DNA of 64,000 bases from Octopus vulgaris (GCA_951406725.2 OX597832.1:20522001-20586000); one strand, 5' to 3'. Counted from the first letter of the stretch, positions 43,269 to 59,245 are shown. Notes: generated by a model not told the origin, from the sequence alone. Translations and numbers: made by a program.

Positions 43269-45331
43269 TATATATATATATACACGCCACCGCTTTACGA
43301 AGCATACAATTGTAGCTATAGTTAGTTAATATAGATTAGGCCCGGGACATCCCAGTTCGAATATCTGTATTTGTATTGTCTTATCTTTAGTCGTAGTCCA
43401 TCTAGAACTACATAGCCCCATGTACCCTTACAAATATTTTTGTGCTTGGTGTTTCCAACCCGGATGTGTGTCATCTGGGTGATACTGAGTCACTATTTCT
43501 TGCAGACGCAGCCGTCTTAATGAGCCCTCCTCTTTCTTTGTCTCATGAGAGGAATGTAACAGCGGATGCTATTGCTGCTGTATTTATTGTTGTTGTTTTT
43601 GTTGTTTTGTTGCCTTTGATGACATTATTGATTTGTCAAGTAGTTAGACCAATAACGAAAGATTTTGAAGCTGTATACATCCTAAAATTGAGTATTTTTT
43701 TATATACCATAACTAGGTCTCACGATACACTATTAGTTGCGTTCGTAAGCGTAGGTCTTCATTTAAAGAAGAGACTTAGTCGATATTTCTTGCGAAGTGA
43801 GATATCTCATATTGGCGCCTTTCTGCCTGCACGAAAGCTCATAGGGGACGGAATTTCAGTGATATAAGGAGAAAGGTTTCTTGGGTTTTTTGGGGAGCCA
43901 ATAGCATCGGTTATAGAAATAGCATATATGTTTCGACAGGCGTGATATCACGCGTGGATGGAGGAGGAGGAGGAGGGGTAATTAGAGGAGGAGGAAGAGA
44001 GGAAGGAGGGGAGAAGGGAGAAGAAATGTAAGGTGAACGACGGGAAGGATGAAGAGAATGAAGTTGAAGATGAAGAGGAGAACGAGGTGTAGGAGGAGGA
44101 AGAGGAGAACGAATATGAAGAGGAGGAGAATGCGGAGGAGGAGGAGGAGGAATAGGAGGAGGAGGAGGAGGAGGAGGTGGTGGTGGGTGAGGAGGAAAAG
44201 AAGAACTAAGTGAAGGAGCATTAAGTGGAACAGGAGGAGGAGGACGACGACGAAGGGTAGGAGGAGAACGGGATTAGAAGAACGAAGAGGGGGAGAAGGA
44301 CGAAGAGGTGGAGGAAAACGGGGAGGAGGACGACGACGACGACGACGAAGAGTAGGAGAAGAATGAAGGGGAGGAGGAGGAGAAGGAGGAGGAGTGGAGC
44401 AGGAGAGGAGCAAGAGGATAAAGTAACCGAGAAGACTATGAGAAGAGCCGATGTCATACTGTGATATTGGTGGATGCTAGGAAGGTTGAGTGGTGGTGGT
44501 GGTGGTGGTGGTGGTGGTGGTGGTGGTGGTGGTGGTGGTAGTGTTAGTGGTGGTGTTTAATCAGGGAAGTAAGGAGTGTGACGTTAATGGTGATGGCATT
44601 GGTAGTAAATTGAGTTAAGGATCGAATGATCGTTGTGGTACACGTGGTGGTAAGGATGGAGGTAAGAAGCGTGTGATGAAGTGGTGAGAATGATGGGGTT
44701 GACGGTATGTTTCCTTATTAGCCACACAGGGCTGAACTCAGAGGGGACAAGTTACAAAGTAGTGCTTTTCTTTTGGGGGAGGAAAAAAAGGGTAGGGGTA
44801 GCATTTCGATCAAAAGGGATCGTAACATAAAGGGAAAAAGAAAACAAAGAGAAAAGAAGGAACAAAATTGGGTACCACGATGGTACCAGAGGTAATGATT
44901 GGAGTAAGGATCGTGTAATTGTCTCGGTAATAGGGTTAAACGTTCTGGTAATGATGGCGGTAAGGGTCATTTGATATAGTTGTTGTTGCTATTGTGGCGG
45001 CTGTGGTGGTAGTGGTGGTAGTGTCGGTGGTAGTAATGATAAAGAGAAAGATGGTATGATGATCGTGGTGGTAGTGTTCGTAATGATGACACTAAGAACT
45101 GTGTACCAATTGTGGTGGCAGTGTTATTAATGATGGAAATAAATAATGATCGCGTGATGAGTATGGTGATGTATATAGTAATAACCGGAGTAAGAATCGT
45201 TGTTACGGACGGTAAGGCAATGTTGGTAATGATTGATATAATGATCATCGTCATACGATCGTTTTAAAAACGTATGTAATGGTGAATAGATGATGGCATC
45301 GCTGGTGCTGGTAATGATGAAAGTAAGGTTA

Positions 45332-45396
<65 letters not shown>

Positions 45397-46498
45397 AAAT
45401 GGTGGAGGTAATGACGGAGGTAACTACGGTGATGGTAGTCTTAGTTGTAGACGTCTGTGTTTTTAAGTGTATATATGTATATATATATTTGTATACATCT
45501 GTATGTCTACGTGTATACGTGTGTATTTTAATATTGTTCTTACGCTTCTATGATTCACCTTGCTTGAAAATTTGGTCAGTTGTATCTAAGAACCATGATA
45601 GTGGAATTTCAGATGCAGTAGAGATAAAAAGACATATTGAGGTAAAGTATTTACCTCTAAAATCCTTACTTCTACACATATCGAAACACTATTCAGCATT
45701 GATTCAGTGATTCAGCACAGATTAGGCAAAGATACGTTGGAGTACGTTCTAGCTGTTACAATCAATTATTATGTTGCAATATATTTAGAGCTACATCAGC
45801 AACGAGTTGGTCATCTTTTTGTTGGTGTCTTTTTAATTTGAGTGAAATTAAACTAATTCTAACGAAAAGCCAGTAGATTAGGTCCCTGTTGTATTCTTTC
45901 GCCACAACTTTCTCTCACTGTCTCTTCCTGTTTCTTGAGTAACGCAGCGATGGACCGGACTCCCGTCCAACTGCGAGGAACACATACGCCACAGAAACCC
46001 TGAAACCGAGCCCATGAGCCTGGCTAGGCTTGAAAAGGGCGACATTTTATATATATAAATAAATGTAAGACAAAAAGCCCCGTATTTAAAAAGACAGGCT
46101 ATGGGGTTTCCTATCTATTTACTATCTCTCTTCACATCTCAATGTCTGCACGAATAAAATCATAACGCTCTCTCCCATTTCTGCTTTGAGCAATTAACTA
46201 ACTATAAAAATACTAAGAGATCCCTTAACTGATAGTGCTCATTAGGTTATTGTTTAACCACAAACTGTTAGTGGCTGAACCCAATATCTTCAAACAAACG
46301 CCATATCTCGTTTAGCCACAAAGTGATGTGAAATGACGTTCATATTTGCCCCTCCTTCATTTTTGTTTAATATATTTTATTCTCAGTTGTTTTATTCATT
46401 TATTTTGCTATTGTATTAATCGCCAAGTACTGATGTTATTGTTTCTCCTACCCAGTATCTCCATGTGTGTGTGTATGTATACACATATATGTATGTAT

Positions 46499-46549
<51 letters not shown>

Positions 46550-46555
46550 GTATGT

Positions 46556-46590
<35 letters not shown>

Positions 46591-46664
46591 CATATATACA
46601 CACAAATTTATATAAATATATACATATATATATATATCCATATACATGTTTATATATATATATA

Positions 46665-46717
<53 letters not shown>

Positions 46718-47063
46718 GCAAGTAGGTATGTATATATATATATATCTATGTATATATACATTATATACACATATGCATTTACACACACATTATACTCAGA
46801 CACACACGCACACAATCAGACGCATATATTCAAGCATACATCAAAAATCTATGGTTGTTATCATCATCCACCCCCTTTTTTTTCATGTCGTGTATCTAGG
46901 AACCCTTAGTGAAGGAAAAAACAAACAGGCTCCACCCATGTTTATCTATTTCATCAACCACACACACACATTTAAATTCGTTAAGACACAACCCTGTCCT
47001 GACGTTCATTACTCGTCCATTTTTTAATTCTTCCTTTTTGGCGTTTTTGATATATTCATTCAT

Positions 47064-47286
<223 letters not shown>

Positions 47287-47289
47287 CAC

Positions 47290-47347
<58 letters not shown>

Positions 47348-47464
47348 GTTTCCGTTTTTATTACGCAAAGCTCCTGTGTTTAAAATCATTACTGTAATAA
47401 CGCATAACGTTAATCTTAACCGAACATTAAATATCAGTCTCTTAATTCTTTCCCATCAACGTAC

Positions 47465-47465
47465 A

Positions 47466-47527
<62 letters not shown>

Positions 47528-48390
47528 ACGCCCCATTTCGTTCTTTTCCATTTTCTCTCTTTCTCTTTCTCTTTCTCTTTCTCTTTCTCTCTCTCCTTCC
47601 CCCTCTCTCAGTCATTGGTTTCTCTTCTTCTCTAGATCTCCCTCATTCTCAATCTTTCTCTTTGTCTCTCTCTATGTCTCTATTTTCCTCTATCTCTCTT
47701 ACTTTCTTCCCCTTATTTCACGCTGTATCTCTTTATATATCCATCACTTTCACTCACTCCCCCTCTTTCTCTCTCTCTATCTCTCTCTCTCTAACGCCCC
47801 ATATCGTTCTTTTCCATTCTCCCTCTTTCTCTCTCTCCCTCCCCATCTCTCAGTCATATTGTTTCTCTTCTCTACATCTCTCTCATTCTTTATCTTTCTT
47901 TTTGTCTCTCTCTTTTTCTCTATTTTACTCTCCCTCTTTCTCTCTATTTTACTCTATCCCTCTTACTCTCTTACTCGCTTCCTCTTATTGTATGCTGTAT
48001 CGCTCTTTCACTCCCCCTCTTTTTCTCTCTCTTCATCTCTCTCTCTCTCTCTATCTCTCTAACGCCCCATTTTTTTCTTTTCCATTTTCTCTCTTTCTCT
48101 TTCTCTCTCTTCCTCCCCATCTCTCAGTCATTGTTTCTCTTCTCTACATCTCTCTCATTCTCTATCTTTCTTTTTGTCTCTCTCTTTCTCTCTATTTTAC
48201 CCTCTCTCACTTTCTCTCTATTTTACTCTCTCTCTCTCTCTCTCTTTCTCTCTATTTTACTCTCTCTCTTTCTCTCTATTTTACTCTATCTCTCTTATGC
48301 TCTTACTCTCTTCCTCTTATTGTATGCTGTATCTCTTTATATATCCATCTCTTTCGCTCACTCCCCCCTCTCTCTCTCTCTCTCTCCTTC
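47465..48390. repeat. CT-rich minisatellite, about 267-bp period
   Basis: ctaacgcccca at about 47525, 47791 and 48059, each followed by ttttccatt and ctctcagtcat. Confidence 0.85.
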
Positions 48391-49002
48391 TGTTAACCCC
48401 AACTCTTTCACAACCACAGTGCTTTTCCTTTTTTCCGTCCTCCACTCAAAACACCAAAAGCTTCACCATCTTCCTTTGCCATCCAATATCTCTACCTCCA
48501 TTAACCACATTATATAAGAGTCCGACATCGCCATAAGCACACCACATTCCACCATCATAATAACAACCAGCATCATCACCAAAAGCTTCATGAAAACTAC
48601 CACCATCACCACAACAACAACAACAAAAAAACAACAACATCGACCACATTGTTTTTTTTTTTCTTTCTTTCTTTCTTCCCTATTTTATTAACCACATTGA
48701 ACGAATCTGATAAATACTCGCTCGCTAATATCTTTATATCAAACCCTCCTTCATAGCTAGCAGGCTAAACACAGAAGCTACATGGTGAAGACATGCCTTA
48801 TCTGTCTTTCCCCAGTTCGCGTAATGTGGTGGTTCTTTTTTGTTTTGAATCCGTATTTGTTTTATAATATTGCATCTTTATTATTTTTTTTGCTATCTTT
48901 TTTGATGGTTTTTTTTTTATATTTTTGTCGTTCTTTTTTTCTCTCTCCGCTTTATCGCATTAATCATGCTAAAAACTTTGACAAATGTTATTAATTGCTT
49001 AC

Positions 49003-49065
49003 TCATCGGAAAGCGTTGCCAAATCGCCTTTCCACGTTGGATGCAGTATTGTCTTAACCGCCTCG
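49003..49065 (-). other. Candidate 63-nt cassette exon
   Basis: cgctctttcgtcacgccctctataatttag | exon | gtaagc; open in phases 1 and 2. Confidence 0.28.
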
Positions 49066-49183
49066 CTAAATTATAGAGGGCGTGACGAAAGAGCGATGTT
49101 ACCAAGGAATAGACGAATATGATTTAGATAAAAAAAAACACACACACACATACAAGCACACATATACTTATAGATAAATACAC

Positions 49184-49266
<83 letters not shown>

Positions 49267-49386
49267 CACGTACTCAAGCACACTGAAGAAGAGTCCTACA
49301 CGCATACATACATACGCATACACACATATACACACAAACGCACACACACTTGTACATCGTAGATATATATACATACATACTCGCTA

Positions 49387-49425
<39 letters not shown>

Positions 49426-50135
49426 GGCATCCATACGCACATACTTATGCATACACATCCGTACACACATACATTCATACAAGAAAGACGCGCACACATT
49501 GACACTCACCAAATAAAAACAAACATAAGACATTAATACTCTCTCGCTTTCTCTCAATAAACGCACACATACATACACACAAACACATGCACACACAGAC
49601 TGTCTCCTATACAGGTGTACTCAGTTCCCCTCTAGTTTACACGCTCACACACACACATACACGCACATACACACGCACGAGATTAAGAGTCTGAAAGAAT
49701 ATTTTTTTATTTTGTACTCAAAGATGGTAATGAAGGAATGTGGAACTGGGATATGAGAGTGTAGTAAAAATTGTAGCGGTGGTTGTAGTGGAAGTGGTAC
49801 TGGTAGATTTACTGTGATGATGGTGGTGGTGGTGGTGGTGGTTGTGGGTGTGATGTTAGTACGATCGTTGGCGCTAATGGTACTAGTGCCAATGTTCGTA
49901 GTGGTGGTGGTAGTGGTGGTATCGGTGGTGGTGGTGGTGTTGGTGGTGATGATGATGATGCTCATAGTAGCGATGGGTTTGGGTGTAATGATGCTGGGGT
50001 GGTAGTTATAGTGATGTTGTGGACGGATGAAGCAGTAACGGAGGTAGTTGTCATGGTTGTAGTAGTATTGGTGGTGATGGTGGTAGTGGTAGTAGAAGTA
50101 GTATCAGATGTAGTAGCAGCAGCAGCAGCAGCCAC

Positions 50136-50167
<32 letters not shown>

Positions 50168-50533
50168 AAGTAGTAGTAGTAGTAGTAAGTTTGTACATTC
50201 AGCTTCATAGTATAGAGCTTCACATTATCTATCACTATCACTGTTTCTCTCTCTCTTTCGCTCTATCTCTATCTCTATCTATCTATCTACCTATATACAT
50301 ATATATATATAACTATCCATCTGTCTAACTATCTATCTATGCCTATCACTGACTCCCTCACACACTCTCCTCTCTCTCTCACTTTCATTTACTCACTCCT
50401 CTTCTCTCCCCCCTCTCTCTCTCTCTCACTCTCTCCAACTACGCCATCCGCGGGCATAACGTATACAAAATCATAAAATTATTGCATCGATAGATTATAG
50501 GCACGAGTAGCATCGTATGGACGACGCAGGCCT

Positions 50534-50573
<40 letters not shown>

Positions 50574-51616
50574 GTGTGTGTATGTGTGCGTTTGTGTATG
50601 TACATACGAAGGGAAAGATTATATTTCCGCCTACCAAATCCACTCACAAGGCTTTGGTCGTTTTGAGCCTATAATGAAAGACACATGCCCAAGGTGCCAC
50701 ACACTGGGACGGAACCTGGAAATATGTGATCGGGAAGCAAACTTCTTACCACACAGCCATGATTGTGACCATTATTATCGTTCAGATAATGACAATCCCT
50801 TATAACAAAAAGCAGTAGACCTTCGTAAATCCGGCACTGAGTCAGTAATTTCCAAGAGAGACTTTTAGTAAATTCCATCGACCTCGTCAATTCACTGATA
50901 CCTAATATCATCGTCTCAGGAGGGATGAATCCCAAAGTTGAACTAAGCGAGATTTGAACTCGGAAACTGAAGAGTCTCAAATATATAAGGATTTTGTCCA
51001 ACCGTGTAAATATTATAAGAGTCTAATATACGCACTACGCTAAAAGTTGTGTGACGTAAGGTGATTAAAACAACCCCTATACTCCACTTGTACATAAATT
51101 CTCTTAACGCCTCGACAATACCACAGTAAACTAAACGAACAAAACCTACAGTTATGACATTTGATTACCATGAAACGAAGCTCATGAGCAGTCTGAGAGA
51201 CATTCTTATTCTGATAATGATATCGGAAGTCTAAAATCGTCGATATGTTGGTCTTAGAAAAGTTTTTTTTTAATCTTCCAGACGAGTAACAATGCGCTCA
51301 TATAAGGATTTAATGGTAAAAATAAATAAATGAATAAAATAAAATAAAAAGCTACTGTGAGAACGTAGCTATGCCCTCCATTTTAAAATTTAAAGTTCAC
51401 CTTTTATATTACATGTTCTAGCATGTAATAAAAAGGATGAACATTAAATTTAGGAATAACAAGTAATGAATTCAATAACGATGTAGATAATGTATGTTTT
51501 AAATATATTGAAGATCATCTGCGATATATATATGCATGTTTGTTTTCGTAATTCATGATGTTTACTGATAGGTATACATACATATGTATATTATATTATA
51601 TTATATTATATTATAT

Positions 51617-51695
<79 letters not shown>

Positions 51696-51700
51696 GTATG

Positions 51701-51756
<56 letters not shown>

Positions 51757-51770
51757 TACTTACATATATG

Positions 51771-52110
51771 TCGACCCCAGGACTTATACTTTGGACGCCT
51801 TGTACTTATTCCATCGGTATCTTTTGCCGAACCGCTAAGATACGGGGACGTAAACACACCACCATCGGTTGTCAAGCAATGTTGATGGGGAGAAACACAG
51901 ACACAAAAACATACACACACACACACACATATATATATACACATATATATGACGGGCTTCTTTCAGTTTCCGTCTACCAAATCCATTCACGAGGTTTTGG
52001 CCGGCCCGAAGCTATAGTAGGAGATAAATGCCCGAGGTGCCACGCAGTGGGACTGAACCCGAATCCATGAGGGTCGTAAGCAAACTACTTACCACACAGC
52101 CACTCTTATG
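51771..52110 (-). mobile_element. SINE family A, 3'-truncated
   Basis: Homology to 19355-19744. Confidence 0.85.
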
Positions 52111-53053
52111 CCTTACTATATGAAATCACAATAATATACGAATTTGTTTTTACCGTCTCACAATATTGGTCTCTAATATACTAACTGCTCTTTAATATCG
52201 CCAGATTACTCGCCTTTTTTCCTTCCTCTCTAATTTTTTCTTTCTTTCTTTATTCTTTTATTTATTCATTTATTTATTTTCTATGTTTGCCTTATTTTAT
52301 TTATTTTTTGTAATTATGTGTATCTGCGTTGAATAAAGTTCATCGTCGCACGCAGTGAATATTTCACGTGTAAAATGTTTCCAAGCTGCAGTCGCTACCA
52401 TTATCGTCGTCGTCCTTCTTGTTGACGGTGGCGATGGTTGTGGTGCTGGTGATATTGTTGTTACTGTTGTTGTTGTTGCTGTTGTAGTTGTTGTTGTTGT
52501 TATTCTTGTAATCAACCATTTTTCCCCCTGTTGTTCTGTTACTTTACGGTACGCGTGTGATTGACCAGTACGTGACATGAAACCGCAATCGTTTCGTCTG
52601 CATAATCTGCGCACGCACACTCACAGCATGGCTCATGCTGACACACAGACAGACACACATGCATGGTACACTTGAATAACCAAAAACCAACAACAAAAAT
52701 AAATAAATACAGTAAGAAAAAAAAAACAGACACAAAAAAAATGGCTGCTCACCCATAGACAAATAAAAGGAAGACAAACATACATTTACACATAGTTACA
52801 AACATATACACACCCACGCTTGTATGCCATATACACAAATGTGAAGGAGCATCACAGACACAAGCACACACGCATATATGTATGTATGCATATGTTTGTA
52901 TATATGTATGTATGTGTTGTGTATATATGTCAATATAGCTGTATATACGCATGCATATAAATATAGACAGACGCAATTATAAGTACATATTAATATATAT
53001 ATATATATGTATATATGTATGCATGCATGTAATTATGTATGTATATATGTGTG

Positions 53054-53095
<42 letters not shown>

Positions 53096-53147
53096 CGTGT
53101 GTGTGTGTATGTATGTTTGTATGTATGTTTTTATGTATGTCTATATA

Positions 53148-53660
53148 CTCTTTTATTCTTTTATCTGTTTCAGTCATTTCACTGCGAATATGCTGGAGTA
53201 CCGCCTTTAGTCGAACAAATCGACCCCATAGCTTATTCTTTGTAAGCCGAGTACTGATTATATCGTTCTCTTTGGCCGAACCGCTATGTTACGGGGATGT
53301 AAACAAACCAATATCGCTTGCCAGACACGCACAAACACATGCACGCACACACATACACAAACATACACATATATATATGACAGGCTTCTTTCAGTTTCTG
53401 CCTAGCAAATCTACCCACAAGACATCCGTCGACCCGAGGCTTTAGTAAACAGCTTGCTTACCCAACCAAATGTTGGGGTTTGTCACCAACACTTGAGAAC
53501 AGATGTTGTGTATTTACATCACTGTAACTTAGCGTTTCGGCCAAAGAGATCGATAGAATAAGTACTAGGCTTACAAAGACGGAGGATCGATTTGTGCGAC
53601 TAAAGGTGGTGCTCCAACATGGCCGCAGTTAAATGACTGAAATAAATAAAACAATGAAAG
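53148..53660. mobile_element. Two SINE family A fragments head-to-head (53148-53442 minus, about 53495-53660 plus)
   Basis: Tail motif tttcagtcatt at left and aaatgactgaaa at right. Confidence 0.8.
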
Positions 53661-53685
53661 AATATATATATATACATACATGCCT

Positions 53686-53759
<74 letters not shown>

Positions 53760-53898
53760 TCCGATGAACGGCAACGGGAAACTCAGAGTAACAGGTTTTG
53801 GTGAATTTTCTGGTGCTTTAAAAAAAGCATAATACTCTACAACTGGTATTTGAGCACAATTTTTTCCACCTTGTTTCACATTTATGTGTTTACTCCGG

Positions 53899-53971
<73 letters not shown>

Positions 53972-54764
53972 GTATGTATGTATGTATCTGTGTATGTATA
54001 TACTTACGCAGTATTTTTAAAACGAAGAGAAGAGCAGAGACAAATAAAATTCTATGCACAAAAAAGCTACAACGAATATTTGCTTTCATTAATATAAAAT
54101 CAGGTTATTGTAAAAACGTAAACACAGTATGCATATATCTAAGAAACTGTGTCAAATAAAACCGTTAATGCTATAAATGACTTATACACAAACATAGAGC
54201 GATTTCGTGTACACTGCCTTTAGGATATGCTAGATGATCATTTATTACAGTTGTATATTTTGCATGAGAGGGATTACATACGTGGTAGTAGCAGGGGAGC
54301 TGAGTAAACCTTCGAGTTAGCTGAGTAGCATGGACCACCCATGTTTCTGCTGAGATCGTGAATATGAATTAGTCGAATGATCCTGCTAGTTTCCGCTCAG
54401 TTACATTACATCAAATATCACACAAATGCAATTATGTATACATTTATGTACGTCTGTATATAAGTATATAAGTACATATATACATACACATGTAGAGACA
54501 GTTTGCGTGTGCGTTACCTTCGAAACACGCAATGAGTCGAAACAGAGGCAGCTGAAGAAGGGGAATGTTCCCTCTGTTGTTTATCTTGTGCTCTGTTTTA
54601 TCGTTGTTAAAAAAAGTCATTTTCCTTGTTTTGTCTTTATGTTTTCGTTTCTCGTTGTGTTCTACGTTTATTTGTAGTGTCCTGTACTCATATATGCATG
54701 TATATATACATATAGATGTAGGTATGTGCATATATGTATGTATGTATGTTTATGTTTTAATTAT

Positions 54765-54841
<77 letters not shown>

Positions 54842-55542
54842 TTGTGTGTGTGTATGTATGTCAATATGTATGTATGTACGTATTGATAGACAGATAGATA
54901 GATAGATAGAAGGATGGATCGATGGATCGATGGATATATAGATAAGTCAAACATACAGACAGATAGATTGACAGATTGACAGATAGACGTACATACACAC
55001 AAACATGCACTAACGCTGGCTTATATGCCCGCACACATCCATGTTTGTAAAAACCACATTAATTACACTAATTGTTATACAACCTTATTTTCGCCAACTT
55101 GTGCTGCAGCATGGCCTTAGCTATATTGATTACAGCAAAGTTAACCTCTAAATATTAATACCGTCAGTAATTATCATACAATTCCCAAACATATTATATA
55201 ACAGCAGTGATATCTACCTTTAAACTTAAATACTTTTCAGCTTCGTAATTTGAGTAAAGATAAACAAAAATACTTGTACAATATCTGCATGCAATATCTC
55301 AAAAGGTTTGAGTGTGTCAAACATATACGAATTCCTTGTACTGTTACTGATAAGCATGGTGAAGGTTATACATAGAATATATACAAATAATATGCTAGAA
55401 ATTAGTACACCTGCGTACGCACAGTGCACAATCAATTACACACAACGATATACCTTCATGCACGTGAATGCCTGTGTATATATATATATGAATGCATTCA
55501 TATATACATATATGTGTGTCTATGTGTGAGTATATGTATATA

Positions 55543-55612
<70 letters not shown>

Positions 55613-56097
55613 TATATATATATGTATATATATATTATTTGTATATGTGTATATATATATATATGTACATGTATACATGTATAGGTATATACATATATGT
55701 ATACATATATGTATATATATATGCATACAAGCATACGTATGCATACACGCATACACATACAAATGCATAGGTATAAATGTGGTACACACATACGCACACG
55801 CACATTTTATATATATATATATATATTTATATATTCGTGACATATATGCATATATAGGCATATATATAATTTACAAAACCATTCAACCCCACCGACGGAA
55901 AGAAAAATACGGAACAAACATACAAGCATAGAAACAAAATATAAAACAAAAATTGTAGAAACAAAACAAAAATATCAAAAAAAAACATACAAAATAAATC
56001 AACAAACCAATGAAATAAGGACCTGTTTACGGATGCTAAACCAGGCAGTGAGCTCTTGGAGTGAGCGGATGAAGAATCTGTAGGGGTAGGTTCATAC

Positions 56098-56106
56098 CAG
56101 ATCTAT
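56098..56106 (-). other. Candidate 9-nt microexon
   Basis: tttcgttctccttgattgTGCtttatag | ATAGATCTG | gtatga. Confidence 0.25.
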
Positions 56107-56214
56107 CTATAAAGCACAATCAAGGAGAACGAAATACGACCAGAGGCTAAGATGGCGAAAGCTTTTTTGTTGCTGAACACGCGAAAAATGTTCTGTTTAT
56201 TTCACGCTGTCTTA

Positions 56215-56290
<76 letters not shown>

Positions 56291-56489
56291 GTGTTGTGTG
56301 TTGTGTGTGTGCATACACTCATACGCATGCACGCACATGTAAATATGTATATCCATGTATGTATACGTTATTGCTCGCACTCACGCACATACACTTGCAC
56401 ACACACACATACATATATATAAAGAGAGAGAGAGAGAGAGAGAGAGTGATGCAGGGAGGGAAAGAGAGGGAGATAAAACATACAGATAG

Positions 56490-56583
<94 letters not shown>

Positions 56584-57409
56584 ATATATATACATATATA
56601 TATATATATGTATACATATATATACGCATACATATACACACACACGCACACACATATATATATACATACAGATATCTATAATTACGTATATCTGCGTGTG
56701 CATGTGTGTGCCTCTGAGTGTGCGTGTGTGCGTGGGTCTCTGTGTGTTAGCGTGTGTGCATACATATGTGATATATGCACGTATATACGTTTATGTCTTT
56801 GCAAAAGTCGGCTTAGACATAGATATATGGTAATCAATCTACATCTTACGAAAGCAAGCAAAGCTCCTCTCTATACAAAGTCAATTGCACGCAAACACAT
56901 ACAACCACAGGACATGTATAAGATCGTCCACACACATATAGACATATATAATACATAATCATTTCTCAATACAAACACATCTATATCCTTTCATCATTCA
57001 TACTTATTGAAATTATAACACACACGCATAGACGAAATACAAGTTGCCTACAGAATACACCCCAGAAATCATATGACTATTATCTCATCTTATACCGCAT
57101 CCACAAGCACATGCATGTCGATTCCTGAAAGAAGCCAGTCTATATACACACTCTTATTGATCATAGACGCTTATTGATCTCTCAATTAACAGAACAAACA
57201 TTTAATGCTTGTACACATTTTATGCTCGCGTGAAATATATGCGAAACGTTTTTATGGTAGCAAACATCCTATTTCTACATTTTCTGCATCATTATTTTGA
57301 TCAAAATACGCATGCACACGAACATACATGCGTATATACACACATACAAAAGATACATACATATATACACATAATACCTTGTATATATATACCTTGTATA
57401 TATATAATA

Positions 57410-57448
<39 letters not shown>

Positions 57449-57466
57449 CTTGTATATGTATATATT

Positions 57467-57867
57467 GGCGCACGAGTGGCTATGTGGTAAGTAGCTTGCT
57501 TACCAGCCACATGGTTCCAGGTTCAGTTCCACTGCGTGGCACCTTGGGCAAGTGTCTTCTACTCTAGCCTCGGCCCGTCCAAAACCTTGTGAGTGTATTT
57601 TTGTAGACGGAAACTGAAAGAATCCCGTCGTATATGTGTGTGTTTGTATGTCTGTGTATCTGTGTCTGTGTTTGTGCCCCGACCAGCGCTTGACAACTGA
57701 TGTTAGTGCATTCACGTCCCCGTAACTTAGCGGTCCAGCAAAAGGCACCGATAGAATAAGTACTAGACTTACAAAGAATAAGTCCTGGGGTCGATTTGTT
57801 CGACTAAAGGACGTGCTCCAGCTTGGCCGCTGTCAAATGACTGAAACAAATGAAATATTAAAAAAGA
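57467..57867 (+). mobile_element. tRNA-derived SINE family A, full length
   Basis: A-box-like TGGCTATGTGG, B-box-like GGTTCAGTTCC, body ...ggaaactgaaagaa.cccgtcg..., tail ...caaatgactgaaacaa; more than 10 homologues in the window. Confidence 0.9.
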
Positions 57868-57898
<31 letters not shown>

Positions 57899-57940
57899 TA
57901 TATATCTATATATCTATATATATCTATAAATATATATATA

Positions 57941-57996
<56 letters not shown>

Positions 57997-57997
<1 letters not shown>

Positions 57998-58419
57998 TCT
58001 TTTACTCATTTACTCTTTTACTTGTTTCAGTCATTTGACTGCGGCCATGCTGGAGCACCGCCTTTAATCGAGCAACTCGACCCCGGGACTTATTATTTTG
58101 TAAGCCCAGTACTTATTCTATCGTTCTCTTTGCCGAACTGCTAGATAACGGGGACATAAACACACCAGCATCGGTTGTCAAGCAATGAAAGGGGAGAAAC
58201 ACAGACACACAAACACACACACATACATATATATACATATATACGACGGGCTTCTTTCAGTTTCCATCTACCAAATCCACTCACAAGGCTTTTATTATTA
58301 TTATTTTTTTATTATTTCTTCTATAGTAGAAGACACTTGCCCAAGGTGCCACGCAATGGGACTGAACCCGGAACCATGTGGTTGTTAAACAAGCTACTTA
58401 CCACACAGCCAGTCCTGCG

Positions 58420-58421
<2 letters not shown>
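57997..58421 (-). mobile_element. SINE family A, full length (inverted partner of 57467)
   Basis: Reverse complement of the family A consensus including the (AAAGAGT)n tail. Confidence 0.9.
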
Positions 58422-58454
<33 letters not shown>

Positions 58455-58464
58455 TTATATATCC

Positions 58465-58497
<33 letters not shown>

Positions 58498-58514
58498 ATA
58501 TAAATAATATAAAT

Positions 58515-58552
<38 letters not shown>

Positions 58553-58713
58553 GAAGAGGACGTCACCAACTGTAGGCAACATGAAGTGCGAAAGCAAGGG
58601 AGTTAAATACGCAAATAACGAGAGAAAAAATGGAAAACAGGACAAGTAACACAAAGAACGATACTTCATCAGTTGTCGGCGGTCTAACTACTCCTCATTT
58701 CGAGTATTCAACG

Positions 58714-58757
<44 letters not shown>

Positions 58758-59171
58758 TATATATATATATATGCATATATATATACATATCTATGTCAAT
58801 ATCTATATCTATATATATATATATATATATACACATATATACATATGTATAAATATATACATGCATATATATATATATACATATGTATAAGTATGTGCAT
58901 ATATATATATATATATATCCCGTGATAACGTGACCAACATGCCAATCAGATGTTATTACACATCGCTGATCACGTAGCTCTTTTGCATTATATTACCCTT
59001 CCAATGATTCTATCCCGATGTGTAGGTGAACGCACCGCCCAGATATGGGAACGAACCAACGACCTAGTGATTATGAGTGCAACAGCCTAACCATAACTGC
59101 TAGACCATGCGTCTCCATAGGCACAGACTGACATACACAAACACACATACACAAGCACCGAGAATCACACA

Positions 59172-59245
<74 letters not shown>

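Noticed and set aside
43442-43867. 141-aa ORF with a hydrophobic stretch
   Set aside because: Non-ATG start; the hydrophobic segment comes from (GTT)n; no recognisable homology.
48800-48830. Plus-strand 5-nt microexon pattern tctttccccag|TTCGC|gtaatg
   Set aside because: Not frame-preserving and the donor is weak; it shows that such patterns arise by chance.
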